NCBI GenBank assembly: GCA_008632985.1
Contig: QPGO01000239.1
Coordinates: forward strand, 62,001-91,509
Source of the DNA: Psammoneis japonica
Taxonomy: Eukaryota
DNA length: 29,509 nucleotides
Reading direction: 5' to 3'
In this document: one piece after another, positions 19,884 through 29,509 of the stretch
Numbering within the stretch: position 1 is the stretch's first letter
How the letters are laid out: every line of letters starts with the position of its first letter
Notes under the pieces: generated by a model
Told to the model about the DNA's origin: nothing
Databases searched by the model: none
Seen by the model: the letters and a program-made list of their open reading frames with translations, nothing else
Translations under genes and position numbers: made by a program

Positions 19884-22145
19884 ATGAAAAAGTGGATTGA
19901 ACTGATGATTGATTCTGCTCAAATGTCTGGAGAGAAGGTGCTGTTCAAAGGAAAGCAATGGCAGACTTGTGAGCTCAGGAGTTTGCCAGCTGATGCTGAC
20001 AGTCCAATTGTGAGCTGAGTGTTCCATGCTTTTGTGTGTGCATGTGCAGAGCACCTGCCATTCCTGATGTGAAATGCTGAGCATGTCATGGCAGAGCAAA
20101 ACATCAAAACAGGTCTGGAAAATTCTCAGTTGTGTGCTGGCGGTGGTTGCTCAAAGGCAATGCCTTGACTGCACTCAATGATGAAGCTGAGGGCACACAA
20201 CAGAGACCAATGCATTGGTGCAAACATGTGTTGCAAAGGTTGTTGCTGAAGCATTTTCCATTCAGGGAATCACTGCCACAAAAGCATCATCTGTGATGTT
20301 TTGTGCTCAAATTGGTTGGCCAACATGAAGACTTGTGATCATCATGCCGCAAGAGCTGTTGAGCTGCTCAATGGCCGCATTTTGCTCTCTCTTTTGTGTT
20401 GCTGCCAGATTTTGAGCTGGCTGACTTGTTTGAGAAGGGGCGCCAAACTCATGGCAGAAACAGACAATTTCACAAGGATTGTGACCCACTGGCACATGCT
20501 GTTGCCCAATTTGTCTCTTTCTGCAGGCATGTGGAGCAAGCTGAAAACTTGCCAAGGCAAGCAGGGAAATCATGCAAAGGTTTGTGAGGGAAGCAAGGCA
20601 ACAGAGCTGACCCAGCCCTTGATCGTTGGTTGCGAGTCATGAGAAAAAAGCTGCCAAATGCTGCATGCTCTGTGGTGATGACCAGATGCATGATGCAGAA
20701 GAATGTCAAAGTTTGAAACGTCCCATGAAATGTCTCAAGATGTCCAGGGCAGACAGTCACACTCAGACGAACTCCTTGTGGTTGCCAAAAATGCTTGCGA
20801 AGATCACTCAAAGACATCGATGGTTGCGCTGCAGTGCACACACAATGCTGGACTAAAGGTTCAAGGTTGATGCAGGAAGGACATTTTGTCAAACCCAGTT
20901 GGAGCATTTGGGCCACTCAGTTGTTTGGGTGGGGGATGCTCCAACACCTTCCAAAGTCAAAGCTGTCAAAATGCTTGCACAACTTGCAGCCAGGATTTTT
21001 TCTGAGTGGAGTGGATGCACATTGAAGACAAAACATTTGAAGCCATTGAGATGGCAGTGTCACATGATGTGTTGTTGTGCCCTGGGATTTTAACAAACCA
21101 TTTGAGGTTCATGCCCCTGATGCCTCCAAGTGTCAACTCAGAGCAGCAACATTGCATGCCAATGAACCCACTGCCTTTTATGCTGGCAGCAAGTGCTCAA
21201 AAGTGCACAACACTTTAAACTGTGCAGCGATGGAGTGAGAGTTGCTTGCTGTTGAGGAAATGTCAAACAAAGAATTTTGAGTGTGCTCTTCCTTGTCCAA
21301 CATGTGATGGCATGTGCTGGTCACAAAAACCTCACATGCGAGCTGTCCAACACCAAATGCACCATGCATTGGCAGTTGACATGTGAGGAATGTTGTGACA
21401 TGTCAAGGGATGTCACACTCTGACACCTGGCTGCACACACCCTCAGTTGTCCTGTGTGCTCATCCAAGTTTGGAGCCAGGGTGCAGCCCCACACAGTCTC
21501 AGAGATGCCAGACATGCATCCTCTGCACACAGCACCCACTTTGGAGAGCACAGCACTGCCAGCAAGCTTTGAGAAAATGCAGCAAGAACAGCAGAAGGAG
21601 AAGCATCTGTTGCTGAGAGGAAGCATGGGAAATTGCCGATGCATCAATTTACATTCATGGCTTGAGCACATGTGTGGCGAGGTGGCATTCGTGGCAATTC
21701 CCCAGGAAACCATGCTTCCCGTGGAAAATCACGGTGAAAGGTGACAACCCCGGGGAATTTTGGGGAACCCATGTGGCAAAACCAAACTGAGGACCAAAAA
21801 CCACAGTGGGTGTGCTGCCAGTGGCAAGAAGCTCCAAAATGTTCACACACCACAGCAGAGTTGCCACACGCTGTCAATGTGCACACTTGCAGTTGCACAA
21901 AATGTCACAAACTGGTCCTCACACGCAACTCTGTGCCACACACAACAACCCAGCTGAGTGGAAACGCTGTTTTCACCCAAGATGCCTCCTTTGCCGCCTT
22001 CCAACTCTGCCTCCACAAAATTGAGGGAACATCATGGTGCTTCCTTCCTTTGCAAAGAAGAGTGCGATCCACCAGTGCTCCAGCACACCCAGGGCGCACC
22101 GTTCCACTGCCCACGAGCGATCTGGTGCACCCACTCATTGGGGAT
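19884..22145 (+). mobile_element. Decayed, internally deleted Ty3/Gypsy LTR retrotransposon (gag plus RT/RNase H remnants)
   Basis: Gag-like TCELRSLPADADSP/CELSVPCF, LKGNALTA, NMKT.D..AAR.VEL, KCCMLCG..HDAEEC. RT 3' part FKVDAGRTFCQTQLEHLGH..PTPSKVKAV (~20860-20965). RNase H DFNKPFEVHAPDASKCQL (21086-21139). Purine run then TG near 22140-22146. Paired LTRs not found. Confidence 0.82.
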
Positions 22146-22491
22146 GTGCATCATGACAGCCAACATGCCATCTGGACAAAATTGTTGTGCCAGAGGCATA
22201 AAACATTTTGGTTGTTTTCCTCAAACAAAGGCTCTTCAGTCGAAATCATCATCAGTCGATTCATCACCTGCCATGTACAGTACATGCCGGTAAACATTCT
22301 CCAACGATGTATTTGCCTTACACTCAATCACTTACCGCTACGTGTTTCTTAGTAATGATTTTACATACGTTGACTTTCTTGTAGAAAGATAAGCATTTCA
22401 CCCGACTGAAGAATTTCGCTCGAATGAACCGAGCCACGACCCAACCATCCCGTCCCATTCTTCTCATAAAAAAATCCTTTCGTACTTACAC

Positions 22492-23562
22492 ATGTATCAT
22501 CTCAGATCTGCAATGAACAGTCTTGAGTCAATCTCATCTTCTCAAACACCATTGATGCATTCTTCCTCTTCAGTGGGAATCCAATTAGACACGTTCAACA
22601 AACCGCTAATGCAGTTGACGACACAAGAAAGGGGGGTCGCTGACACTGTTATGAGCACCCCTTGGGTCAACGCTCCCTCTGTGAGTGTTGAATCTGGGCT
22701 GGCAGCTTCCATCAACAATGATCCTCAGCTTCGTGAGATGTTCGAGAGCTTGGCGCGTTCGACGACGAGCGATCAAGGTGAGAAGGGTGGGTCTGTCAAC
22801 TTCACTTTGATCTCTAGCTCCAATGTGCGTCCACCAAGTACCGCGCTGTATGACATGATCACAAAGGAAGTAATGAAGAATTCAACAGACGATGCACTTA
22901 AAGGGCAAGGCAATGCTCCATCCACCCCACAAAATGAATTGCCATTTGATCCGAAGAACTATAGCTTACGTACGCTAGAAAACCTTCGAACACTATTGGA
23001 CGGGCATATCCAGCAGCGTCGCTTGCTCGAAGAGCAGCAAATGGATCAAGAATGTGGTGATGCGTCCGACGCGTCTGCAGACTCGGCAGTTGCTTTCTCC
23101 GAAGTTACCCACTTCGCGGTGAATGTCAATGCAAATGCTGCTTTGCCTGCTGTGAAACCAGGCGTAAAAAGGACCGAGAAGATCCCTCACAAGTCTTCCA
23201 GGAACGTTCCAACAAAGAACATTAGTACGAAAAAAAATTCTGTCCGCACGTTTGTTGAGGAGAAAGACGTTCGCGAGCTTGATGTCCTTCCGGGGCGAGG
23301 CGGAGCTGTCATCAACCATACAGGCAATAAGACCCTTCAATCAGTGGTGGCACAATTCAGGGAAGAGTACCAGGCAATTCCGCACAAGGACAAAAAGAAA
23401 AAGGAAGCTTGCAGTCGCAAACTTGTGGAAAAGGTTCATGGATATGGAGGGCGGTTCCTTGCCAAGGCACCGAATGTTGACGGTGTCTATTACGTTATGC
23501 ACATTAACGATGCATGGCATAAAGCGGGCATGCGCCTTCGAGAAAAGCCAAGGAAAAAGTGA
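22492..23562 (+). CDS. DUF6824-domain protein (diatom-expanded, putative nucleic-acid-binding regulator)
   Basis: Intact 356-aa ORF with C-terminal DVLPGRGGAVINHTGNK..EEYQ..KK..SRKLVEKVH..GGRFL..A..K...LRE. Confidence 0.8.
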   Translation: MYHLRSAMNSLESISSSQTPLMHSSSSVGIQLDTFNKPLMQLTTQERGVADTVMSTPWVNAPSVSVESGLAASINNDPQLREMFESLARSTTSDQGEKGGSVNFTLISSSNVRPPSTALYDMITKEVMKNSTDDALKGQGNAPSTPQNELPFDPKNYSLRTLENLRTLLDGHIQQRRLLEEQQMDQECGDASDASADSAVAFSEVTHFAVNVNANAALPAVKPGVKRTEKIPHKSSRNVPTKNISTKKNSVRTFVEEKDVRELDVLPGRGGAVINHTGNKTLQSVVAQFREEYQAIPHKDKKKKEACSRKLVEKVHGYGGRFLAKAPNVDGVYYVMHINDAWHKAGMRLREKPRKK

Positions 23563-24320
23563 AAATAGAAAGGACGCGAGAAGATACACAGTGGAAGGCA
23601 TATAACATGAATAGGAACGTACCATACCTAAGTAATTTACCAATTCATTATCGATCATCTTTCGCTGAAGTTGTGCCGCAAGGGAAATGTGTAGATTCAA
23701 ACCAAAACAACAAAAGTTTAAGAAGCGTTTATCAATCCCCACTGTATTCTTCTTTTCATCATCGCTCTCGTTCTGATTCTTTTCTATCGTTTTCCTGCAT
23801 CAATCTCTTTCGAAGTTTCCCCTATAGTCGCCTGCCACTGCCCTCTCGTGGAAGTAAAGAACTGATCCTATGATTTCCCACTCTTGCCATCGCCTTCATA
23901 TTTTGAGCTTGCAGAATCATTTCCAATATGTAGTTTTGTTTCTGCGCTCGTGCCGTCGTCTTCATACTCGCGGCACAAACTCAAAATTTCGTCGCTGTAC
24001 ATTCCCAAGGCTGACGTCTTTTGAGTCATGTCTTTCAACTCCAACGCATCTTTTTCTTCCGAGGAAATACTACAGTGTGGTGTGATGCCCCCGGCACTAA
24101 GTACAGCAGTATGTTACCTCTCCGCTTCTCGCCGGCCCACTCGGTTCGGTTCATTTGCGTTACTTGCGTAGTTTTGGATCCTATTTTACAATCTAGATCA
24201 CTCCTTGTACAACGGGATCTCTACGTTGTAGGACTACTGTCCACATATGACTGATTCTCACAGTAAATGCATGGCTGCGTAATAGCCATGAAACACCAGA
24301 TGCGTTTGGTCCGGCGACAT

Positions 24321-26902
24321 CTACATGAAGCTGAAATCCACATAATCCCTTCCAATGGCGGTCATGCTTCCGCGATTCTTCTTGTCCGTACGACTCTTCT
24401 TTCTCTTTCGAGAAGACTTCATAGATACTTTGAAGCGCGCTGTTGACGAGGCGGGGATTCGGTTCACCTTGTCGGGCTTCTTGGCAGCAGAGAGCTCTAC
24501 GACGGGAGACGAAAACAGCGAGCGACTGGGACCACAGCCCCAATCTTCATCTGTAACATCCCGCCCGTCGTCCTTGACAGATAACTCTGATGTTTGCGTG
24601 CGTCTTGGAGGGGTGATGCAAATGTTTAGTGGCTTGAGCACTGCCCGGGGCTGACTTGTCTTCGAGCGCTTGCCACGTCGGGCTCCCTTGTGGGGCTTGG
24701 TAGTGGCTTTCTTGGTCGTTTTCTGAACCAACGCCAAAGGGAGAGCAGGCTTCTCACTTGGAGAATCCAATAGAAACACATCTCGAGTGATTGGCGTCGC
24801 GTTATCTTTTTCTGCAGCCATTTCCGTTGGAGCTGTCGTGATTCCGTCCTCCGACTTGGCCTTGTCACCTGAATTGAGCTTCTTTCGCTTGCTTCTCCGC
24901 GTGACCGGGCGACTGGGTTCAAGTCGCCTCTTGCCAGACCTAGTTCGAGGAGGGGAAATACCGGAGACTTTTTCCACTACTAAAGCACCGGCTGCCCTCA
25001 AGAATTGAGGGATAAACGAAGAGCCCACGGGGTCCGGTACGACTGCAGTCAAGGCGTGGTCTTCATCATCACTAGCCGGCTCTGGTGTGTCTTTGGTAGG
25101 CTGCGCTGGCGTTGACTTGACCCGAACCTTTATAGTTGAAAAGCTTCGACGAGCCTTTGGCTGTGCTGGTGAATCGGTGAGCTCCAAGATGGGTGTTGTT
25201 TTGGTAGGCGAGTCCTGAGCAGCAAGTGTTTTCTGATTGCGGACCTTTGGGTCTCCGTCCTTGGTATGCCGCTCGTAAGGAGTGATTGCGAGTTTCTCGA
25301 TATCGTTAATTGCATTCTGCGCCTCTTTCTGTGCAAGCTCAGTCGCGGCGTGAGAAGCTGCGTTTCGAATCGCCGGCAAAATCGCCTGTAGCATGTGCAA
25401 CTGGGGTGAAGTGAGGTTCAAGTCGGTCCGACAAAGCTGCCTTTCGGTAATATTGGCGCGCGCTTCTTCTTCGACCTTGTTGATTCGGGCAACGGCGGCA
25501 TCTGCCCTTTCCTGGAGAACGGCCAGTTTCGATTCCGTCACCTTGTCAGCCAGCTCTTGGATCTCTGCTGGTTTCGTATCCGTCGCATTCTTGAGCTCTT
25601 TTAGCTTCTCGATCTGCGTCGCGACAGATGATGACAGTGCCTCGAGAGCCGCTTGCTGCTGCTTCATGTTCTCTTCAGTCGCTCGTTGCTGCTCCAATTG
25701 TGATTCCGTCTCCTTGGCCAACGCTTGGAATCGTTCCATCTGGCCAGCAACCGAAGAGGACAGTTTCTCCAAGGCCTCCCGTTCCTCCTTTACCTTCGCT
25801 TCACGAGAAGCTAAATCGTGCGTCTCGAACCGAGTTTGGGTAATGCTACCTGGAGAGATTGCGCTTGATTTGGCCTTGGGGGGCTTGGAGGCTTCTTCGT
25901 CGGCACATGACGTCGTGGAGCGGTGGCTGGTCTGTTTGTTCACAAGTGAGAGAAGAAAGTAGAATCAATGGTTATTCATTTCAGATATGACGACGAGTAT
26001 TTGCTTGGACAGCGACAGCTTATACGAAGACATACCTTTGTGGCTTCATCGTCACGAGCCTCAGTCGGAGGAGTCTTGTCGACGACTCTTGGCGCGTCCG
26101 TTTGGCTCGCTTCGTGGGAACGCAGCGAGACACGAAAGGGCGGCTTGAGCAGATTCTTCATCCATACTCGTGGCGTCGCAGCGATGCTATGAATGGATCG
26201 TCGTGCCGGAGTAGCAGCTGGTTGGAGACTGCGGCTCGCTTGTGCAAAATTCCAGCGACTTGGTGGACCGACGCTATTTTGGCTCGGATTCAAACCTTGT
26301 CCAGGAAACACTCGAGACTGTCCTCCGACCGAGCCACCGCTGCTCCGTGGCTTGCTCCAAGAGTTCCCCACACCGTTGGTAGGAGGAGGTGATCGGTTCG
26401 TAGCAAAATGGTTGTTTGGATACGAGCCTTGACTTTCCGCGGCGGTGCTGCAGTTGGAACTCACGGAATGGATATTATGCTGGTACGACCCACTCGGCTG
26501 CGACGAGGACGATCGGGATGAATAATCTTGGGATCCGTTGCTGAATTGCGACATGGTGAGCTGTGACAGGCAGCCATTGTCAAAGTCGGGCTCATGATGT
26601 GACGTCATGCGTGGGTTTTGTACGTGAGTGTACGGGGGAGGCGGGACCGACTGTACATGCCCGGTTGCGTCCGTCTCTGACGCGAGAAGTTGCTTTCCGG
26701 TTGCCGTATCGTTCGGGTGGACATTGCCGTTGAAAGCATGCACTACATTGGATCGAAGAGGCGTTTGAATCGGATTTGAAGATTTGTTGCTTCCGCCACC
26801 AACACCACGATTCTTCCGCGATGACCCGTCGTTCCGATTCTTCTTTCGCTTTCCGCCGAAGCCTCCGTGAAATAAAAGCGAGTTCCTAGCAAAGCCCGAC
26901 AT
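24321..26902 (-). CDS. Uncharacterised protein with an S/Q/N-rich disordered N-terminus, central coiled coil and basic disordered C-terminus; exons 26902-26036 and 25931-24321
   Basis: ORFs 25976..26908 and 24321..25943 join via a phase-0 GTATG..CAG intron at 26035-25932. Normal TpA/CpG content. ATG at 26902. Confidence 0.75.
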
Positions 26903-27355
26903 TGTCAATCACTTGTTGAGTCGATGTAGGAAGGCGTCGTTTGATATGGAACGGCACCGACGGCAGAGTCATCAACGTCGAGAGTGTTCCGATCGAGCGA
27001 GCGAAAATGAGCTTGCTTCCGCCGCGGGATTTTTGAATTTTCGAATGTACTGAGACTTGTCGTAGATTCTACTTACGTATGAGTGAGTATTGATCCTACG
27101 TTTCGTTCGACGGCAAGGCCGTCGCGCGAATGCGCGCGAATGCGGGAAAACCAAAATCCGCCCGAAACCAAAACGACGCCACGCTTCTCGCTTGCAGAAA
27201 GATGAGGAGAAAAAGAGAGAGACTAGAGAAACCTGCATAAATAAAAACGGAAACAGAAATTCAAGGACGTGAGGTTTGTCAAAGGAAAAGACCGACATTG
27301 CTGACATGAGGTGGTCTCTGTGCTCTGGTCTAATCATGTAGTCGAGATGTTCACC

Positions 27356-28276
27356 TTATGAATCCAAAATACGAGGAATGCAGACTAGAAACACAGTCTG
27401 GTAGCAGGATTGACATATCCTTGGAAATAATCCAGTGTATAGTTCTCCAACTCCTCGTTCCTTCGCCACGTACTGCATCGATTGAATCAGATTCATGTGG
27501 TGCTTGTCTTGACTGTTTTTGTGATTGGCAAACGTGCGCGATTGTGTCTCTATTCTTGCAATCTCAAAGGGCGTATTCCATGAAGACAACGTCCCTCCAA
27601 GACATCCCGCAAGAATCTCACCGCCAATTCCAGCAACACCAATTCGGGGACGCACCATCTCTGTGAAGCCTTGACGAGACGCCCAATTTGTAGCTTGTCG
27701 AGCAGCCACGGCTGGAGACCCACGGTAAATACCCCGCAATCCGTGACGAGACCAAACGTCCTTTGCTGCTTCTAGTACAGAGCCACCATTAGCCGTTGTG
27801 GCTGTGACTAGTAGTGAGCAAGGGGCCATGACTATTGCTTGAGCTGCGCCTCCGCCAGCACCAGCCACAAAACCAATCAGCGCAGGCGACACCCGGCTTG
27901 TAATAACTGGAGACGCGCAAAGCGTTTTCCGAATCGTTTCCTTCCCCGCAAGCAGTACTGCGCCACTAAAGAAGCCCTCCACCATTCTTGCCGAACATCC
28001 CGACCACAAGGCTCCTGGACCTCGTTCTTGAAGCAATTGTCTCAACACGGCCAAATCTCCCTGGGCCTTTCTTCCCACATCGCTGGCACGAATATGCTCC
28101 ATGACTACCGATGATTTCCAAACCTCAAAAGGTAAGCCCCCGCATAAGTCCCCCACGCATTTTAGTGCCGATCCTCGAGCGAGGTTGCGAAAAACACCAG
28201 CAGGAACCGGCGACGAGGAAGTCGCTGTGAACAGGAGGAATGCAAAAAGAAAAAGAGCATACCGGTACTTCAACAT
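27356..28276 (-). CDS. Mitochondrial carrier family protein, YHM2-like (citrate/oxoglutarate carrier type), with a hydrophobic N-terminal extension
   Basis: PFEVWK and WNTPFEIARIETQ carrier signatures; ARQATNWASRQG resembles the YHM2 subfamily. Start is uncertain (in-frame Met at 28321, 28297 or 28276). Confidence 0.82.
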   Translation of the reverse strand: MLKYRYALFLFAFLLFTATSSSPVPAGVFRNLARGSALKCVGDLCGGLPFEVWKSSVVMEHIRASDVGRKAQGDLAVLRQLLQERGPGALWSGCSARMVEGFFSGAVLLAGKETIRKTLCASPVITSRVSPALIGFVAGAGGGAAQAIVMAPCSLLVTATTANGGSVLEAAKDVWSRHGLRGIYRGSPAVAARQATNWASRQGFTEMVRPRIGVAGIGGEILAGCLGGTLSSWNTPFEIARIETQSRTFANHKNSQDKHHMNLIQSMQYVAKERGVGELYTGLFPRICQSCYQTVFLVCIPRILDS

Positions 28277-28519
28277 GCGATAAAGATTTTCCTTCATCTG
28301 GTAGCCTGAAATTAGGCTCATTAGCGCCAAGGACAGTGGAGCAATAACAGTTTGGACTCAAGATAAAGACAACACAGTAGACAATGGGCGATCCGATCGA
28401 AGGTGCAAACGTCGTCTCGTGCATGTGCGTGCGTGCATGCCTCGTGTGATCCTCCCGTCTGACCGTGGCCACATCCTGAGCTAACTCAATGGCCAAAAAT
28501 CCGCTGTTTACAGTCATAA

Positions 28520-29509
28520 ACTGCTGTTTTGACTCAGTTGGTGATGAACCTCCTGCACCACACAGAATGCAAGGATGGAGGAGCATCTGAAGAGGCTCAA
28601 GAGCGAAAACCAACAGGGGCGGGGGAGCAGGGAGACCCCCCAAAAAGAACATCCAGCTCGCAGCTTTTGAGTCAACACGTCTTCATTTCCACACTGAGCT
28701 CAATGCCATGGCTTGTTTCTTCTGCTGGTGCCCCACTTTTCTGAAAGCAAAGCACAGTGAAAAGGTGTGGCATTGCACACACGCTTTGGCACAGTGCCAA
28801 CTTGGCTGGCCAAGGCAACCACCAAAAAATCCCACGCTCTCGGCTCCCCCATTGCTTTGGGCACATTGTTGAAGCACAGTCTTGCTTTGCATGAAAATGC
28901 AGCTGGATCAGGGCAACTTTTTGAATGTTTTGTCATGCAGAAAGAGCTGTCACATGTGTTTGTGGTTTCTTGCTCATGGACATTCATGGTCTTGCTCTGC
29001 ATCCACACACTGCGATGTTTGAAATTCACTCTTGAGCCAACTGCATGGCAAGGAACGTCATTCACTTTTGCATGATGACCATGCAAGAGTGTTCCACACC
29101 ACACACAGCTGGTCCAAGCATGTTCTTGCCAACTGAAAAAAAGAGACTGCCTCTGCCAGTTCTCCAACGTTTGTCATTTGCACCAAGCAGGTTCGTGCTG
29201 ATTGTTTCAGCAGTTGTGGCAATGGCTGTCATCTCACAAACCTCATCTCAATGTCAAACCCGCAGCTGCAGCTCCTCTCCAAAGCAAGAAGTCTGGGGTC
29301 AACAATGAGTGCAGCGCAAACTTGTCTGTCCATCTCTTAAATGTTGATGATCTCACAGCAGACCATCCAAAAAAGAATGAGCCAAATTTTGATTCCCACC
29401 AAAATGGTGAGTCCCATTCAAAGCGGACAACTCTTTTGCACCTTCTTTTCTTTTTCAATGAAAGCAGAAAGAAAGTCCAGGACAATGCTCGGTGGATTGT
29501 TTGCATCAC
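28520..29509. other. Third TpA- and CpG-depleted decayed block, unidentified, running off the window
   Basis: One TpA (TTAA, 29338) in ~990 nt by hand count; Cys/His-rich pseudo-ORFs in most frames. Confidence 0.7.

Noticed and set aside
18080..22300. Paired LTRs around block 2
   Set aside because: Only short matches (ATAAAACATT, TCTGGACA) in non-colinear order; no convincing direct repeat by eye.

Overview
Eukaryotic genomic DNA, most likely from a raphid pennate diatom (inferred from short GT-AG introns, an ASAFAP-type bipartite plastid presequence, a DUF6824 protein and a diatom-type Ty3/Gypsy gag). Ordinary intron-containing genes (PGS1 3' end, LtrA-like membrane protein, EF-1alpha with a 10-nt micro-exon, LITAF, plastid bPH_2 protein, dynamitin, DUF6824, a coiled-coil protein, a YHM2-like carrier) alternate with three sharply bounded blocks (~5.25-13.9 kb, ~18.4-22.2 kb, 28.52 kb-end) from which the dinucleotide TpA has been almost erased. 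The blocks hold a decayed DDE-type transposon, a decayed Gypsy element and decayed copies of host-type genes (BTB-BACK, PhyH), in which expected Tyr residues read as Cys or His. The main signal is an apparent repeat-targeted, context-specific A:T->G:C hypermutation, TAY->TGY (= RTA->RCA), that spares YTAR. It runs opposite to fungal RIP and is separable from CpG decay. All counts were made by hand, and family calls come from motif recognition, not database searches.
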